Assembly (NCBI GenBank): GCA_963713045.1
Contig: CAVQKE010000001.1
Coordinates: 160,001 to 224,000 of the forward strand
Source: an uncultured delta proteobacterium
GTDB taxonomy: Bacteria; Myxococcota; Myxococcia; Myxococcales; Myxococcaceae
Direction: 5' to 3'
DNA length: 64,000 bases
The translations under genes were made by a program, and so were the position numbers. Below, one piece after another: positions 48,067 to 58,468 of this stretch; within the stretch, counting starts at the first letter, position 1, and each line of letters starts with the position of its first letter. The notes beneath the pieces are model-generated. The model did not search any database. It was given only the letters and a program-made list of their open reading frames with translations, and was not told the origin of the DNA.

Positions 48067-48891
48067 GTGCGCCGGATTGCCGTCGTCGCCCTTGCCCTAG
48101 CGGTCCAACTCACCGGCGCCGCCGCCCTCGCGCAATCCGCGACCAAAACCACGGTCCAGCCGCCTCCTGGTGCGCCGGACAATCCCCCTGCCCCACCGCC
48201 GGACAAGCTCGGCACTCAGGAGGCCCCGCCCGCAACCGACATCGTCCCGCCGCCTCCACCCGCTGACGCCAAGGCCCCCGAGACCTCCGCACCCTCCACT
48301 GCCAGCGACGCCTTCAACACCCGGGTGAAGACGCTGGAAGAGCAGGTGGTGGACCTGAAGGAAAAAATCTACCGCACCAAGGCACGACTGCTGCTGCTTC
48401 AGGAGACGGTGTTGGGCGGGGATTTGAGCAGCGGCGCGCGCGCCATCATCTCCAGCAAGAACGAGATGGGCGGGACCTTTGCGCTGAACTCGGTGGCCTA
48501 CGCGCTGGACGGTGCCCCCATCTTCACCAAGACAGACAAGAAGGGGGACCTCGCCAACCAGCAGGACTTCGAGATTTTCAACGGCCGCATTGTGCCCGGC
48601 CAGCACCAAATTGCGGTGCGGCTGGTTTACCGGGGACGGGGGTATGGCGTCTTCAGCTACCTCGAAGGCTACAAATTCACCGTCACCTCCAGCTACACCT
48701 TCACCGCCGAGCCAGGAAAAGTCACCAACGTCAAAATCGTCGGCTACGAGAAGGGCGGCCTCACCACCGACCTCAAGGACCGACCTGCGGTCCGCTACGA
48801 CGTCGAAGTCACCAAGGACGCGGGCCTCAAGTCGGCGCAGGGCGAAGGGACGAAACCGGCGACGCCGGCCGGGCCTGCGGAGCAAAAGTGA
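48067..48891 (+). CDS. Secreted coiled-coil plus beta-sandwich protein, first gene of the glt-like cluster
   Basis: Signal peptide, Pro-rich linker, coiled coil, beta-rich domain; stop overlaps the next start. Confidence 0.75.
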   Translation: MRRIAVVALALAVQLTGAAALAQSATKTTVQPPPGAPDNPPAPPPDKLGTQEAPPATDIVPPPPPADAKAPETSAPSTASDAFNTRVKTLEEQVVDLKEKIYRTKARLLLLQETVLGGDLSSGARAIISSKNEMGGTFALNSVAYALDGAPIFTKTDKKGDLANQQDFEIFNGRIVPGQHQIAVRLVYRGRGYGVFSYLEGYKFTVTSSYTFTAEPGKVTNVKIVGYEKGGLTTDLKDRPAVRYDVEVTKDAGLKSAQGEGTKPATPAGPAEQK

Positions 48892-51224
48892 TGCTTCGAG
48901 CCGGGTGGGTCGCGCTGCTGCCGGCGCTGCTGGCCGGCGTGGCGTCGGCGCAGGGCCGTTCAACGGCCCAGCTCTCGGCCCAGTTGGACCTGGTCCAGGC
49001 GCAGGCCAAGAACGCCGAGGAAAACCTCCAGGTGGTGGAGACGCAGTACGTCGGCCAGGCGGAGCCAACCGGCGAGGAAGCGCTGCTGCGGCGCTTCAGC
49101 GATGGGGAGATTCAGTACCTGCTCGGCGACTACGCCACCGCCTCGGTCCTCTTCTACGACTTGGTCGGAGACAAGACATTCCAGGCCAGCGCCAAGTACC
49201 CCGACGCGCTCTACTACCTGGGTGATGCCCTTTACCAACAGGGGAACTGGGCCAGCGCGCGGGTGTACCTGCGCACGCTGCTCGGCATCGACAGTGCGCA
49301 CTACCGTGAGGCGCTGGCCGAGTACCTCGAGGCCACAAGCAGACTGAATGACTTCAGCAACATCGAGGGCTACATCCAGCGGGCCCGCGGCCCCAACGGG
49401 GAGCTGCCGCCGGAACTGGCCTACATCTACGGCAAGTGGCTCTTCAAGCGAACCGACGTGCCCCCGGCACAGCGTTTTTCCGAAGCGGCCGCGGCCTTCG
49501 AAAAGCTGGCCGCACAGCCCGACGGCCGCTACCGGCTGCAGGCCCTCTACTTCCTCGGCGTCATCGAGGTGGAGCGCGGCAACTACGACGCCGCGCTGGC
49601 CCGCTTCGCCGAGGTGGCCAAGAGCAAGCCCAAGGACGCCAAGGAGCAGAAGCTGGTCGAGCTGGCCAACCTGTCAGAGGGCCGGGTGCTGGTGGAGCAG
49701 GGGAAGTTCGCCGAGGCCATCGACCGCTACCAGGAAATCCCCCGCGACAGCGATTCCTTTCCGGAGAGCATCTACGAGACGGCTTGGGCCAAGGTGCGTG
49801 CCGAGGACTTCGAGGGGGCGAAGAATGCCACCGACATTCTCCTCTTGGTGGCGCCTGACTCGACGCTGGCCCCGCAGGCCCAGATTCTCCAGGGCCACTT
49901 GCTCCTCAAACTGAAGCGGTACGGCGAGGCCACCGAGACCTACACCGGCGTCATCAACAACTACGCGCCGGTGCGCGATGAACTGGACGCGCTGCTCAAC
50001 GTCAACAAGGACCCGGTCACCTACTTCGACAACCTCCTGTTGCGAAACGAGCGCAACCTCGACGTGGGAAGCCTGCTTCCGCCGGTGGCTCTCAAGTGGG
50101 CCACCACCCAATCCGAGGTCAGCGACGCCCTCGGCGTGGTGAAGGCGATGGAGGACGGGCGCCGGGGTGTCAACGACGGACAGACCCTGGCCAACCGCAT
50201 TCTCAAGACGCTCGGCGAGCGCGGGATGGAGGCCTTCCCAGCGCTGCAGGAGGGCTACACCCGCGCCGATGCCATCTCCAATGCGCTGGTGTCCGCCGAG
50301 CAGGCGCTGACCGACGTCGAAGTCGAGCTGGTGTCCCCGGTGCTGACCGCCGATGAGAAGGCGCAGCTGCAGTCGCTGCGCGCCAGCAACGCCACCGCCC
50401 GCACGCAGCTGGCCACGCTCCCCACTTCCAACACTGCGGTGGCCAGCCGGCGCCAGGCGATGCAGGAGCGCGTCGACGTCCTGGACAAAGAGGCGTTCCG
50501 CCTGGGCTATGAGTTGCAGAGTATGAATGCGGTACTGGCCGCCGTGCAGAAGTGGGTGGTGGATACCCGCGGGCAACGCGGCGGGACCGCCGCCGATGAG
50601 AAGGCCTTTCAGGAGCGGGTGCGCACCGAGCAGCAGTCCGCCGCCGCGCTGGAGAAGGAGATTGAGGCGGTCCGCGCCGAGCTGCGCGATGCCCGCGCCA
50701 AGGTGGACACGTCGCTGGCCGGCGAGGAGCAGCTCCGGGCGGAAGTGACTTCCATCGAATCCCAAGCGCACCAAGTCATCGCCCAGGCCGAAGGGCGACT
50801 CACCGACTCGACTGCCCTGGCCCTCATCGCTCGGGCCCATGCCACCCGCCTCCGGCTGGACGCCATCGCCCAACGCAACGAGGTGGCCAAGGTGGCGCTG
50901 CAAAACCGGGTGCGAAAGAAGGGCGATGAGATTCGCGACAAGGTGGTGGCCGAGCAGCTGCTGCTGCAACAGTACGACGGCGATGTCACCCGCGCCTCCG
51001 GGGAGGCGCGACAGCTGGTGGGCAGAATCGCTTTCGACAGCTTCCGCCGCGTGCGGGGCCAATTCTATGACCTGGTGCTGAAGGCCGACGTGGGCGTGGT
51101 GGACGTGGCCTTCACCCGAAAGCGGGACAAGACGAGCGACATCCAAAAGGAGGCCGCACAGAAGGACCGCGAGCTGAAGGCGCTGGACGAAGAATTCAAG
51201 GAAGTCCTCAAGGACGTCGACTAG
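48888..51224 (+). CDS. Secreted TPR/coiled-coil protein (Glt-associated)
   Basis: Signal peptide, TPR repeats, long coiled coil. Confidence 0.8.
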   Translation: MMLRAGWVALLPALLAGVASAQGRSTAQLSAQLDLVQAQAKNAEENLQVVETQYVGQAEPTGEEALLRRFSDGEIQYLLGDYATASVLFYDLVGDKTFQASAKYPDALYYLGDALYQQGNWASARVYLRTLLGIDSAHYREALAEYLEATSRLNDFSNIEGYIQRARGPNGELPPELAYIYGKWLFKRTDVPPAQRFSEAAAAFEKLAAQPDGRYRLQALYFLGVIEVERGNYDAALARFAEVAKSKPKDAKEQKLVELANLSEGRVLVEQGKFAEAIDRYQEIPRDSDSFPESIYETAWAKVRAEDFEGAKNATDILLLVAPDSTLAPQAQILQGHLLLKLKRYGEATETYTGVINNYAPVRDELDALLNVNKDPVTYFDNLLLRNERNLDVGSLLPPVALKWATTQSEVSDALGVVKAMEDGRRGVNDGQTLANRILKTLGERGMEAFPALQEGYTRADAISNALVSAEQALTDVEVELVSPVLTADEKAQLQSLRASNATARTQLATLPTSNTAVASRRQAMQERVDVLDKEAFRLGYELQSMNAVLAAVQKWVVDTRGQRGGTAADEKAFQERVRTEQQSAAALEKEIEAVRAELRDARAKVDTSLAGEEQLRAEVTSIESQAHQVIAQAEGRLTDSTALALIARAHATRLRLDAIAQRNEVAKVALQNRVRKKGDEIRDKVVAEQLLLQQYDGDVTRASGEARQLVGRIAFDSFRRVRGQFYDLVLKADVGVVDVAFTRKRDKTSDIQKEAAQKDRELKALDEEFKEVLKDVD

Positions 51225-51229
51225 GGCCC

Positions 51230-54200
51230 ATGCTGCTCCTCCCCTTCCTCCTGGTGGTCTTGGCACAAGCGCCCGCTCCGGCGGCCGCCAAAGGGGCCGC
51301 GCCTGTACCGGCGGCTCCCGCCGCGGCCGAAAGCAGCCAGGAGGAGAAGGCCGACGTCTCCCCGGAGAATCCCGCCCCGCCCAACCCGATGCGGGGCCTG
51401 GGCCGCACCCCAGAAGAGCAGCGGCAGCTGGACGAGATTGGCCAGGCCATCCAGGCCTACGAGGCCGAGGCCGCCGAGTTCCGCAAGGACGTCCAGCTGT
51501 TGGTGCAGAAGAAGTACGAGGAGAAGCGCAACGCGCTGGGCGCCTCCTACGAGAAGGCGATTCGGGACTTGGAAGTCATCGAACGCAAAGAGCGCCTCGA
51601 CGCCATCGCCCAGTTCGAGGAATTCCTCCAGCGCTACCCCGACGAGGCCCGCTACACGCCAGACGTCATGTTTCGGCTGGCGGAGCTGTACTACGAGCGC
51701 TCCAGCGACGACCACCTCATCGCACTGCGCGAATACGAGGACAAGCTGAAGGCCACCGAGGCCAGCCCCACCGCCGAGCCGCCGCCCGAGCCGGTGCCGG
51801 ACTTCCAACCTTCCATCGGCATCTACCAGCAACTCATTACCCGCTTCCCGGCCTATCACCTCAACGACGCCGCCTACTACTTGCTGGGGTACTGCCTGGA
51901 AAAGCAGAACGACTTCGACAACGGGCAGGTGGCCTACAAGACGCTCATCGCCCGCTACCCGAAGAGCAAATTCGTCACCGAAGCCTGGGTCCGCATCGGC
52001 GAGTACTACTTCGACGCCTACAACGACAAGGGAGCGTTGGCCAAGGCGGCGGAGGCCTACGAGGCCGCGGTGAAAGACACCAAGAGCCCGCTCTACGACA
52101 AGGCGCTCTACAAGCTTGGGTGGACCTACTACAAAATGGACCGCTTCGAGGACGCGGTCAGCCGCTTCCTCGCCCTGGCCGACTACTACGAGGCGCAGAA
52201 GAAGGACACCGGCACCGAGACCGGCGGGGACCTGCGCAACGAGGCGCTGCAGTACGCAGCCATCAGCCTGGCCGACGAGACTTGGGGCTCGGTGGACCGG
52301 GCCAAGGCCACCTTTGCCAAGCTGGGGCCGCGGCCCTACGAGGCCGAGGTCTACAAGAAAATGGGCGACGTCTTCTTCGACCAGACACGCCACCCCGAAG
52401 CCGTGGCCGCCTACCAGTTGGCCCTCTCCAAGAATCCCCTGATGGACGAGGCGCCCTTCGTCCAGCAGCGAATTGTCGAAGCCTACGAGAGGGACCGAAA
52501 GCTGGACGAGGCCTTCAAAGAATCCGAGAAGCTGGCCAGCGGCTATGGCCCGGGCACGGCCTGGTACGAGAAGCACAAGCGGGACCCGGACTTCATCTCC
52601 CAGGTGCAGACGTTGGCCGAGAAGAGCCTCTACGGCAGCGCCGTTTACCACCACCAGCAGGCCCTGGCGCTCAAAGGGCAAGGGAAGCTGGAAGAGGCCA
52701 AGTCCGCTTTTGAGATTGCGGCGCGCGCCTACGCCTCCTACCTACAACGCTACCCGCGCAGCAAGAATTCGTATGAGGTGCAGTTCTTCGCCGCCGAGTG
52801 CCAATACAACTCACTTCAATTCGCCGCAGCGGCACAAAACTACGACGCCGTCCGCGACTCCACCGCCGACACCCGCTACACCAAAGACGCCGCCTTCAAC
52901 GCCGTCCTGGCCTGGCAGAAGCTGCTCGAGCAGCTGCAGCGCGACAAGAAGTTGGCTGCCTACCCGGTGCTGCGCAGCAAGGAGCGGCCCGAGGGAGAGC
53001 AGGTCAAGGCCATCCCGTTGGCCGACGTGGAAAAGCACTTCATCGCCGCCTCCGACGCCTACGTGGCGGCCTACGGCAAGGACGACAAGGCCCCGGGCGT
53101 GGCCTACAAGGCCGCCGAGCTCTTCTACGCGCACAATGACTTTCCCGAAGCCCGCAAACGCTTCGAGCTCATCATCCAAACCTACCCGCGCAACGAGGTG
53201 GCGAAGTTCGCCACCAACCTCATCGTCGAAAGCTACCTCGTCGACAAGGACTGGAAGAGCGTGGAGCAGGTTTCAGCGCGACTGGCCCAAAACAGCGCCG
53301 TCATCGACCCGAAGAGCGACCTCTACCGGGACCTCAACAAATTCAAACTCGCCGGCCGCTTCAAGCTGGCCGATGAGCTGATGGCCAAAGGCGACTACGA
53401 CGGTGCCGCTAAGAAATACATCGAGCTGGTCGACGAGGACCCGAAGAATGAGTTTGCCGACAAGGCGCTCAACAACGCTGCCGTGGCCTATGAGAATACC
53501 CGGCGCTTCGAGTCGGCCCTCAAGCTGTACGAGCGAATTTTTCGCGAGTACCCCAACAGCAAGCTGGCCGACGCGGCCCTCTTCCGGGTGGCCGTCAACG
53601 CCGAAAACAGCTACGACTTCGACAAGGCGGTGGAGAATTACCAGCGCCTGGTGAAGGACTATCCGGCGAGCAAGAACCGAGAGGCGGCCCTCTTCAACGC
53701 CGGACGCCTGCTGGAAGGCCAGCAGCGCTACCGCGAGGCGGCCCAAACCTTTACCCGCTACGTGGAACTCTTTCCCAACGCCGAGGATGCGCCAAAAAAC
53801 CAGTACCGCGCGGCGCTCCTCTACGAGAAGCAGGGAGACCCGAAGGGCGAAATCAAGGCCCTCGAGGCCTTCGTCAAGAAGTTCTCCAGCAAGCCCCAGC
53901 AGGCCGAGCTGGTGGTGGACGCCCAGAAGCGCATCGGCGAGGCCTACCAGAAGCTGCAGGATGACCGGGCTGCCCGCCGCGCCTTCGAAGAGGCGGCCCG
54001 TGAATTCGACCGGCGCGGCCTCAAGCCCGAGGCGGCGCCGCTGGCCGCCGAGGCCGCCGCCCAGGCCCGCTTCCAGCTGGCGGAATATCAATTCAAGGAC
54101 TTTGACAAGCTGAAGATTGGCGGCCGGGGCAAGGCACTGGAGAAAAGCTTCGCCGTGAAGCGCGCCGCGGTGAAGAAGGTGAATGACGCGTACGGTGAAG

Positions 54201-54634
54201 TCTTCAAGTACAAGCGGCTCGAGTGGACCCTGGCGTCGCTCTATCGAAAGGGCTTTGCCCTGGAGCGCTTCGGCCAAACCATTCTCGAGACGCCCACTCC
54301 ACCGGAGGTGAAGCGGCTGGGAGACGAGGCGGTGGCCTCCTACCAAGACCAGCTGCAGCAGCAGACGGCGGCGCTCGAAGACAAGGCGGTGGAGAGCTAC
54401 GTCGCTACTCTCAATGAGGCGCGGAAGAACCGCATCAACAACGAATGGACGAAACGCACCCTGGAGGCGCTCAACCGCTACCGCCCCAAGGAATACCCCG
54501 TCTTGAAGGAGCCGAAGTCCGCGGTCGCGCTGGACGTCACCCACCCGGACGGGATGGTGGTGACGCTGGAGGGCAAGCCGCCGCCGCCCGACGCCGCGCC
54601 GGCCGGCAAGCTCCCCACCGGGAGCGACAAGTGA
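51230..54634 (+). CDS. GltD/AgmU-like large periplasmic TPR protein
   Basis: Signal peptide, two TPR clusters, C-terminal LEDKAV..Y..NEW motif; position in the cluster. Confidence 0.75.
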   Translation: MLLLPFLLVVLAQAPAPAAAKGAAPVPAAPAAAESSQEEKADVSPENPAPPNPMRGLGRTPEEQRQLDEIGQAIQAYEAEAAEFRKDVQLLVQKKYEEKRNALGASYEKAIRDLEVIERKERLDAIAQFEEFLQRYPDEARYTPDVMFRLAELYYERSSDDHLIALREYEDKLKATEASPTAEPPPEPVPDFQPSIGIYQQLITRFPAYHLNDAAYYLLGYCLEKQNDFDNGQVAYKTLIARYPKSKFVTEAWVRIGEYYFDAYNDKGALAKAAEAYEAAVKDTKSPLYDKALYKLGWTYYKMDRFEDAVSRFLALADYYEAQKKDTGTETGGDLRNEALQYAAISLADETWGSVDRAKATFAKLGPRPYEAEVYKKMGDVFFDQTRHPEAVAAYQLALSKNPLMDEAPFVQQRIVEAYERDRKLDEAFKESEKLASGYGPGTAWYEKHKRDPDFISQVQTLAEKSLYGSAVYHHQQALALKGQGKLEEAKSAFEIAARAYASYLQRYPRSKNSYEVQFFAAECQYNSLQFAAAAQNYDAVRDSTADTRYTKDAAFNAVLAWQKLLEQLQRDKKLAAYPVLRSKERPEGEQVKAIPLADVEKHFIAASDAYVAAYGKDDKAPGVAYKAAELFYAHNDFPEARKRFELIIQTYPRNEVAKFATNLIVESYLVDKDWKSVEQVSARLAQNSAVIDPKSDLYRDLNKFKLAGRFKLADELMAKGDYDGAAKKYIELVDEDPKNEFADKALNNAAVAYENTRRFESALKLYERIFREYPNSKLADAALFRVAVNAENSYDFDKAVENYQRLVKDYPASKNREAALFNAGRLLEGQQRYREAAQTFTRYVELFPNAEDAPKNQYRAALLYEKQGDPKGEIKALEAFVKKFSSKPQQAELVVDAQKRIGEAYQKLQDDRAARRAFEEAAREFDRRGLKPEAAPLAAEAAAQARFQLAEYQFKDFDKLKIGGRGKALEKSFAVKRAAVKKVNDAYGEVFKYKRLEWTLASLYRKGFALERFGQTILETPTPPEVKRLGDEAVASYQDQLQQQTAALEDKAVESYVATLNEARKNRINNEWTKRTLEALNRYRPKEYPVLKEPKSAVALDVTHPDGMVVTLEGKPPPPDAAPAGKLPTGSDK

Positions 54635-56007
54635 AAGGGCACCCGCTGTCCAGCCTGGCCGCCGTTGCGCTTCTGGCCGGCTGCGCCGCGGGGCCCAAGC
54701 CCACCGAAGGGCCGGCGGCCGCAGCCTCCCCCGGCGCGGCGGCCGCAGCATCGCCAGCCGCCCACCCAACTGGGCTTCCACCGCCCAAGGTGACGCCGCC
54801 GGCCACGCAGGACCCGGCAGCTCGGGCCAGCTTCGCCAAAGCCGTCCAACTCGCCCAGGCCGGGGACGTGGCCGGCGCCGAGCGCGCCCTCAATGACGTC
54901 TTGCAGCGCGACCCTCGGCTGGACCACGCGTGGACGGACCTCGGCGTTCTCGCCGAGCGCAAGGGAGACTTGCCCGGCGCCGAGAAGGACTACCGACAGG
55001 CCCTGGCGTTGGCACCGGACCAGGAAGCAGCCTGGGACTTCCTGTCCCGGCTGTTGTGCCGCCAAGGCCGGGCGCAGGAGATGCAGCAGCTGGCCACCGC
55101 GCGCTGCGCCGCCGCGCCCACTGCCCCGGGGCCCCGCAACGCCCTGGCCTTTGCCTTGTTGGAGCTGAACCAGCCTCAGGCGGCTGAGGCCGAGGCGAAG
55201 AAAGTCCTCAAAGAAGAAGAGCGCAACGTCCGCGCGATGCAGCTTTTGGCCCAGGCCTACTTCCGCGAAGGCAAGTATGAATTGGCCAAGCTGGTGCTGG
55301 AAAACGCGCGCGCGGTGGATGCCACCGACGCCGCCACCCGCAACCTTCTGGGAAGCACCCTGCTGCGGCTGAAACAGCGGCCGCTGGCCCTCGAGGAGTT
55401 CCGCGCCGCCGCCCAAAGCCGTCCCGACTTTGCCGAGGCGCGCAACAACTACGGCGTGATGCTGGTGGAGGCGGGGGACTTTGACGGGGCGGTAAGGGAA
55501 TTGGAGGCGGCGGTGGCCTTGGCGCCGGACTTCGTCGCGGCGCGGCTCAACTTGGGCAACGCCTACCGGGGCAAACTGGCGCTGCAGCAGGCGGAGGCCC
55601 AGTACCAGAAGGTGGTGGAGCTCCAGCCGGCCTTGGCCGACACCTACTTCAACCTCGCCATCCTCAACCTGGATTCGGATTTGCCTGGGGTGGACACCGT
55701 GGAGCGGATGAATCGCGCGGTCGCCTACTTCAAGACGTATCGCGAAAAGGGCGGCAACGACGAGCGGGTGGACCAGTACCTGAAGGACGCTGCCAAGGGC
55801 ATCGACCGAGAGCAGCGCCGGCGTGAACGCGAGAAGAAGGACCAGCTGCGGAAGGTGGAGAAGGACAAAGAGGCAGCCGCTGCGCCCACCAAGGCCGCCG
55901 GCACCCAGCCCGCCGCGCCGGCCGCCAAGGGTAAGCCACCCGCCTCCAAGCTCCAGAGCACCCCGCCCTCGCAAGGCCCTGCTAAGCTCAACTCAGACGA
56001 CAAATGA
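54631..56007 (+). CDS. GltE/AglT-like TPR lipoprotein
   Basis: Lipobox LLAGC, TPR repeats, charged tail; GTG start overlaps the upstream stop. Confidence 0.75.
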   Translation: MKGHPLSSLAAVALLAGCAAGPKPTEGPAAAASPGAAAAASPAAHPTGLPPPKVTPPATQDPAARASFAKAVQLAQAGDVAGAERALNDVLQRDPRLDHAWTDLGVLAERKGDLPGAEKDYRQALALAPDQEAAWDFLSRLLCRQGRAQEMQQLATARCAAAPTAPGPRNALAFALLELNQPQAAEAEAKKVLKEEERNVRAMQLLAQAYFREGKYELAKLVLENARAVDATDAATRNLLGSTLLRLKQRPLALEEFRAAAQSRPDFAEARNNYGVMLVEAGDFDGAVRELEAAVALAPDFVAARLNLGNAYRGKLALQQAEAQYQKVVELQPALADTYFNLAILNLDSDLPGVDTVERMNRAVAYFKTYREKGGNDERVDQYLKDAAKGIDREQRRREREKKDQLRKVEKDKEAAAAPTKAAGTQPAAPAAKGKPPASKLQSTPPSQGPAKLNSDDK

Positions 56008-56321
56008 CGGACTTCTCCTCTGCTGGCCGCGCCGTCTTCCTCGCCCTCTGGGTGCTGGCCATGCCGGCCGCGGCCCAAGAAAGTGCCCCCAGCGCTGCGC
56101 CGCCAGCTGCCCCACCTGCCGCCAAAGTCTCCAAGGAAGCGCACAGCACCAAGGGCGGCCGCAAAGTCATCAAGTTGGAGGCCATCACCGTCGAGGGACG
56201 CATCCAGAAACCCCAGGCCTTCTACATTCTGCAGCGACAGAACCTCAATTTCGACGAACTCAACCGCACCGAAAGCTTTCTCTACAAGGTGCTGAAGAGT
56301 GTCGAGCACGACCCCTTGTAG
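56004..56321 (+). CDS. GltF/CglF-like small secreted protein
   Basis: Signal peptide; ITVEGRIQKP..Y...R and SF..KV.KSV motifs. Confidence 0.7.
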   Translation: MTDFSSAGRAVFLALWVLAMPAAAQESAPSAAPPAAPPAAKVSKEAHSTKGGRKVIKLEAITVEGRIQKPQAFYILQRQNLNFDELNRTESFLYKVLKSVEHDPL

Positions 56322-56327
56322 GGCCCA

Positions 56328-57638
56328 ATGACTCGCACCTCGGCTGGTCAAAAAATTCTCCGCGTGGCCATCATCCAGGGCGGAAAAATCATCGAGGAGC
56401 GCCACATTCGGCGCCCGGACAGCGTCTCGGTGGGCCAGGACGCGAAAAACACCTTCGTCGTACCGGCCAGCAACCTCCCGCCCAGCTTTCCCGTCTTCGA
56501 CTTCCGCGGGACGCACTACTACCTCCTCTTCACGGAGCGCATGGACGGCCGTGTCCGCATCGGCAACCGGGACGTGGACTTCGCCACCCTGCGCACCCAG
56601 AAACTGGCCCAGCGACGGGGCAGCGTCTTCGCGCTGCAACTCGACGAGTCGGCGATGGGCAAGGTGGTGCTGGGAGAAGTCACCCTGCTCTTTCAATTCG
56701 TCCCGCCTCCGCCGGCGCCCAGCCGGATGGCGCTGCCGGCGGAGTACCGCGGCACGCTGTGGTCGTCTTTGGACCACCTCTTCTTCGGCATTCTGGCCGC
56801 CTCGGTGCTGTTCTTCTTCTCCATCGCCGCCATCATCGCCCTGGCCCCCAAGCCACCCGACTCCGACGTCACGTTGGACGAGCTTCCGGACCGGTTTGCC
56901 AAGCTGCTGGTTCCCCCCAAGCCGCCCGAGCCTGAGAAGCCCAAGGACGAGCCGAAGGCCGAGGAGAAGGTGGAGAAGAAGGAACCGGTGAAGAAGAAGG
57001 AGAAGCCGGCTTCGGATGAGGCGCGCAAGGCGGCCATCGCCCAGAAAGTGCAGAGCAAAGGCATTCTCAAAATTCTCGGTGCCTCCGGCGGACAGGGAGC
57101 CCTCAAGGATTTGCTCGGTGAAGGCACCGGCACCCAGGACGTGGCCACGGCGCTCAAGGGTGCCCAGGGCGGCGTGGTGGTGGCCACCACCGGTGGCGTC
57201 GGCGGACCGCGCGGGGGCGGTGCCGGCTCGGCGGCCGGCATTGGCGAGCTCGGCACGGCGGGGGGTGGAAACGTCTCTCTCGGCTCTAAAGGGGACGCTC
57301 GGGTGACAGGAAAGGTGGCCGCCGCAGCGCCCGAGGTGGACAGCGCGGACGTGGACCGGGAGGCCTTGGCTCGGTACATCAAAGCCCGTCTCACCGCCAT
57401 TCGCGGCTGCTACGAAAAGGAGCTCAAGCGCAACCCCACCTTGAAGGGCAAGGTGGTGGTGCGCTTCAACATCACCCCGGCTGGACGCGCTAGCGACATC
57501 CGCCTGGAGGAAAATTCGGTGGGCAGCGCCGAGGTGGGCCAATGCATCGTCAGCCTGATGCGCTCCTGGGTGTTCCCCTTCAAGCCGCCCGACGAGGTGC
57601 CGGTCCAGTACCCCTTCCTCTTCACCGCCTCGCAGTAG
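56328..57638 (+). CDS. GltG/PglI-like protein (FHA-like N-terminus, TM helix, TonB C-terminal domain)
   Basis: Beta-rich N-terminal domain, TM helix, Lys/Gly-rich stalk, IRGCYEKEL..GKV...YPFLF. Confidence 0.8.
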   Translation: MTRTSAGQKILRVAIIQGGKIIEERHIRRPDSVSVGQDAKNTFVVPASNLPPSFPVFDFRGTHYYLLFTERMDGRVRIGNRDVDFATLRTQKLAQRRGSVFALQLDESAMGKVVLGEVTLLFQFVPPPPAPSRMALPAEYRGTLWSSLDHLFFGILAASVLFFFSIAAIIALAPKPPDSDVTLDELPDRFAKLLVPPKPPEPEKPKDEPKAEEKVEKKEPVKKKEKPASDEARKAAIAQKVQSKGILKILGASGGQGALKDLLGEGTGTQDVATALKGAQGGVVVATTGGVGGPRGGGAGSAAGIGELGTAGGGNVSLGSKGDARVTGKVAAAAPEVDSADVDREALARYIKARLTAIRGCYEKELKRNPTLKGKVVVRFNITPAGRASDIRLEENSVGSAEVGQCIVSLMRSWVFPFKPPDEVPVQYPFLFTASQ

Positions 57639-57695
57639 CCAGTCTTGCCCTGAAGTCGCGCGGTGGCGCAGGACCCAGGGGAAGTTGCGGCGCGT

Positions 57696-57725
57696 TTGAC
57701 ACACCGCTTAAGGGCTACCTAACCT
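57696..57725 (+). promoter_or_regulatory. Putative sigma70 promoter
   Basis: Perfect TTGACA, 18-nt spacer, TAACCT, 15 nt before the ATG at 57741. Confidence 0.5.
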
Positions 57726-57740
57726 CACGTCCAAGGCCTC

Positions 57741-58304
57741 ATGTCCTCCCGTCTCCAACTCCTCCTTCCAGCCCTGCTGCTGGCGCCGCTGGCACTGGCG
57801 CAAACGCCGCCTCCGCCAGTGCGCACTGGCACCGCTCCGCCAGAGGAAAAGGCCTCCGAGGTGCCGGACGCGACGAAGCTGAGTCGGAGCTCCGCCGCCG
57901 TCGCGCAAATGCAGGCCACCTACAAGGCCGTGCTCGGCAAGCTGGAGGAAGCGCGCAACACCAAGGACGTGGTGAAGCTGAATTGCGTCAATGAAAAGCT
58001 CACCCAGGTGAAAGGGCTGCTGCGCATCTCCGAGCAGTCGGACGTGGCGCTGCAGGAGGCGGTGGCCAAGAAGGACGAGCCGACTGCCGACCACGAATAC
58101 ACCAAAGTCACCATCGCCCAGTCCAAAACGGAGCAACTGCGGACCGAGGCCGAGCAGTGCATTGGTCAGCTGGCCTTCCGAACGGACGAAAATCTCAATG
58201 TCGAGGTGCTGGTGCCGTCGGACCTTCCCGGTGGAGACCCCACCAACCCGCCGTCCCCAAACCTAGCCACCGTCAGCCCTCCTCCGGCCAGTCCGGTTCA
58301 CTAG
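57741..58304 (+). CDS. Secreted helical hypothetical protein with two Cys
   Basis: Signal peptide; KDVVKLNCVNEKL and EAEQCIG. Confidence 0.75.
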   Translation: MSSRLQLLLPALLLAPLALAQTPPPPVRTGTAPPEEKASEVPDATKLSRSSAAVAQMQATYKAVLGKLEEARNTKDVVKLNCVNEKLTQVKGLLRISEQSDVALQEAVAKKDEPTADHEYTKVTIAQSKTEQLRTEAEQCIGQLAFRTDENLNVEVLVPSDLPGGDPTNPPSPNLATVSPPPASPVH

Positions 58305-58468
58305 ACTGCTGTAAACCTTCCACCGTGCTGGAGTGACGGATGGGCAACGCTGGCGCCCATTTGTTGGAATGGGTCCGCCGCGACGTGCTATGTCCTCGCT
58401 ACGCGCTGCGCTGTAGCGCGAAGGCGGGGTACGGACCCACCTATGAGCCCAAGGGGTTCGCGGGAGGT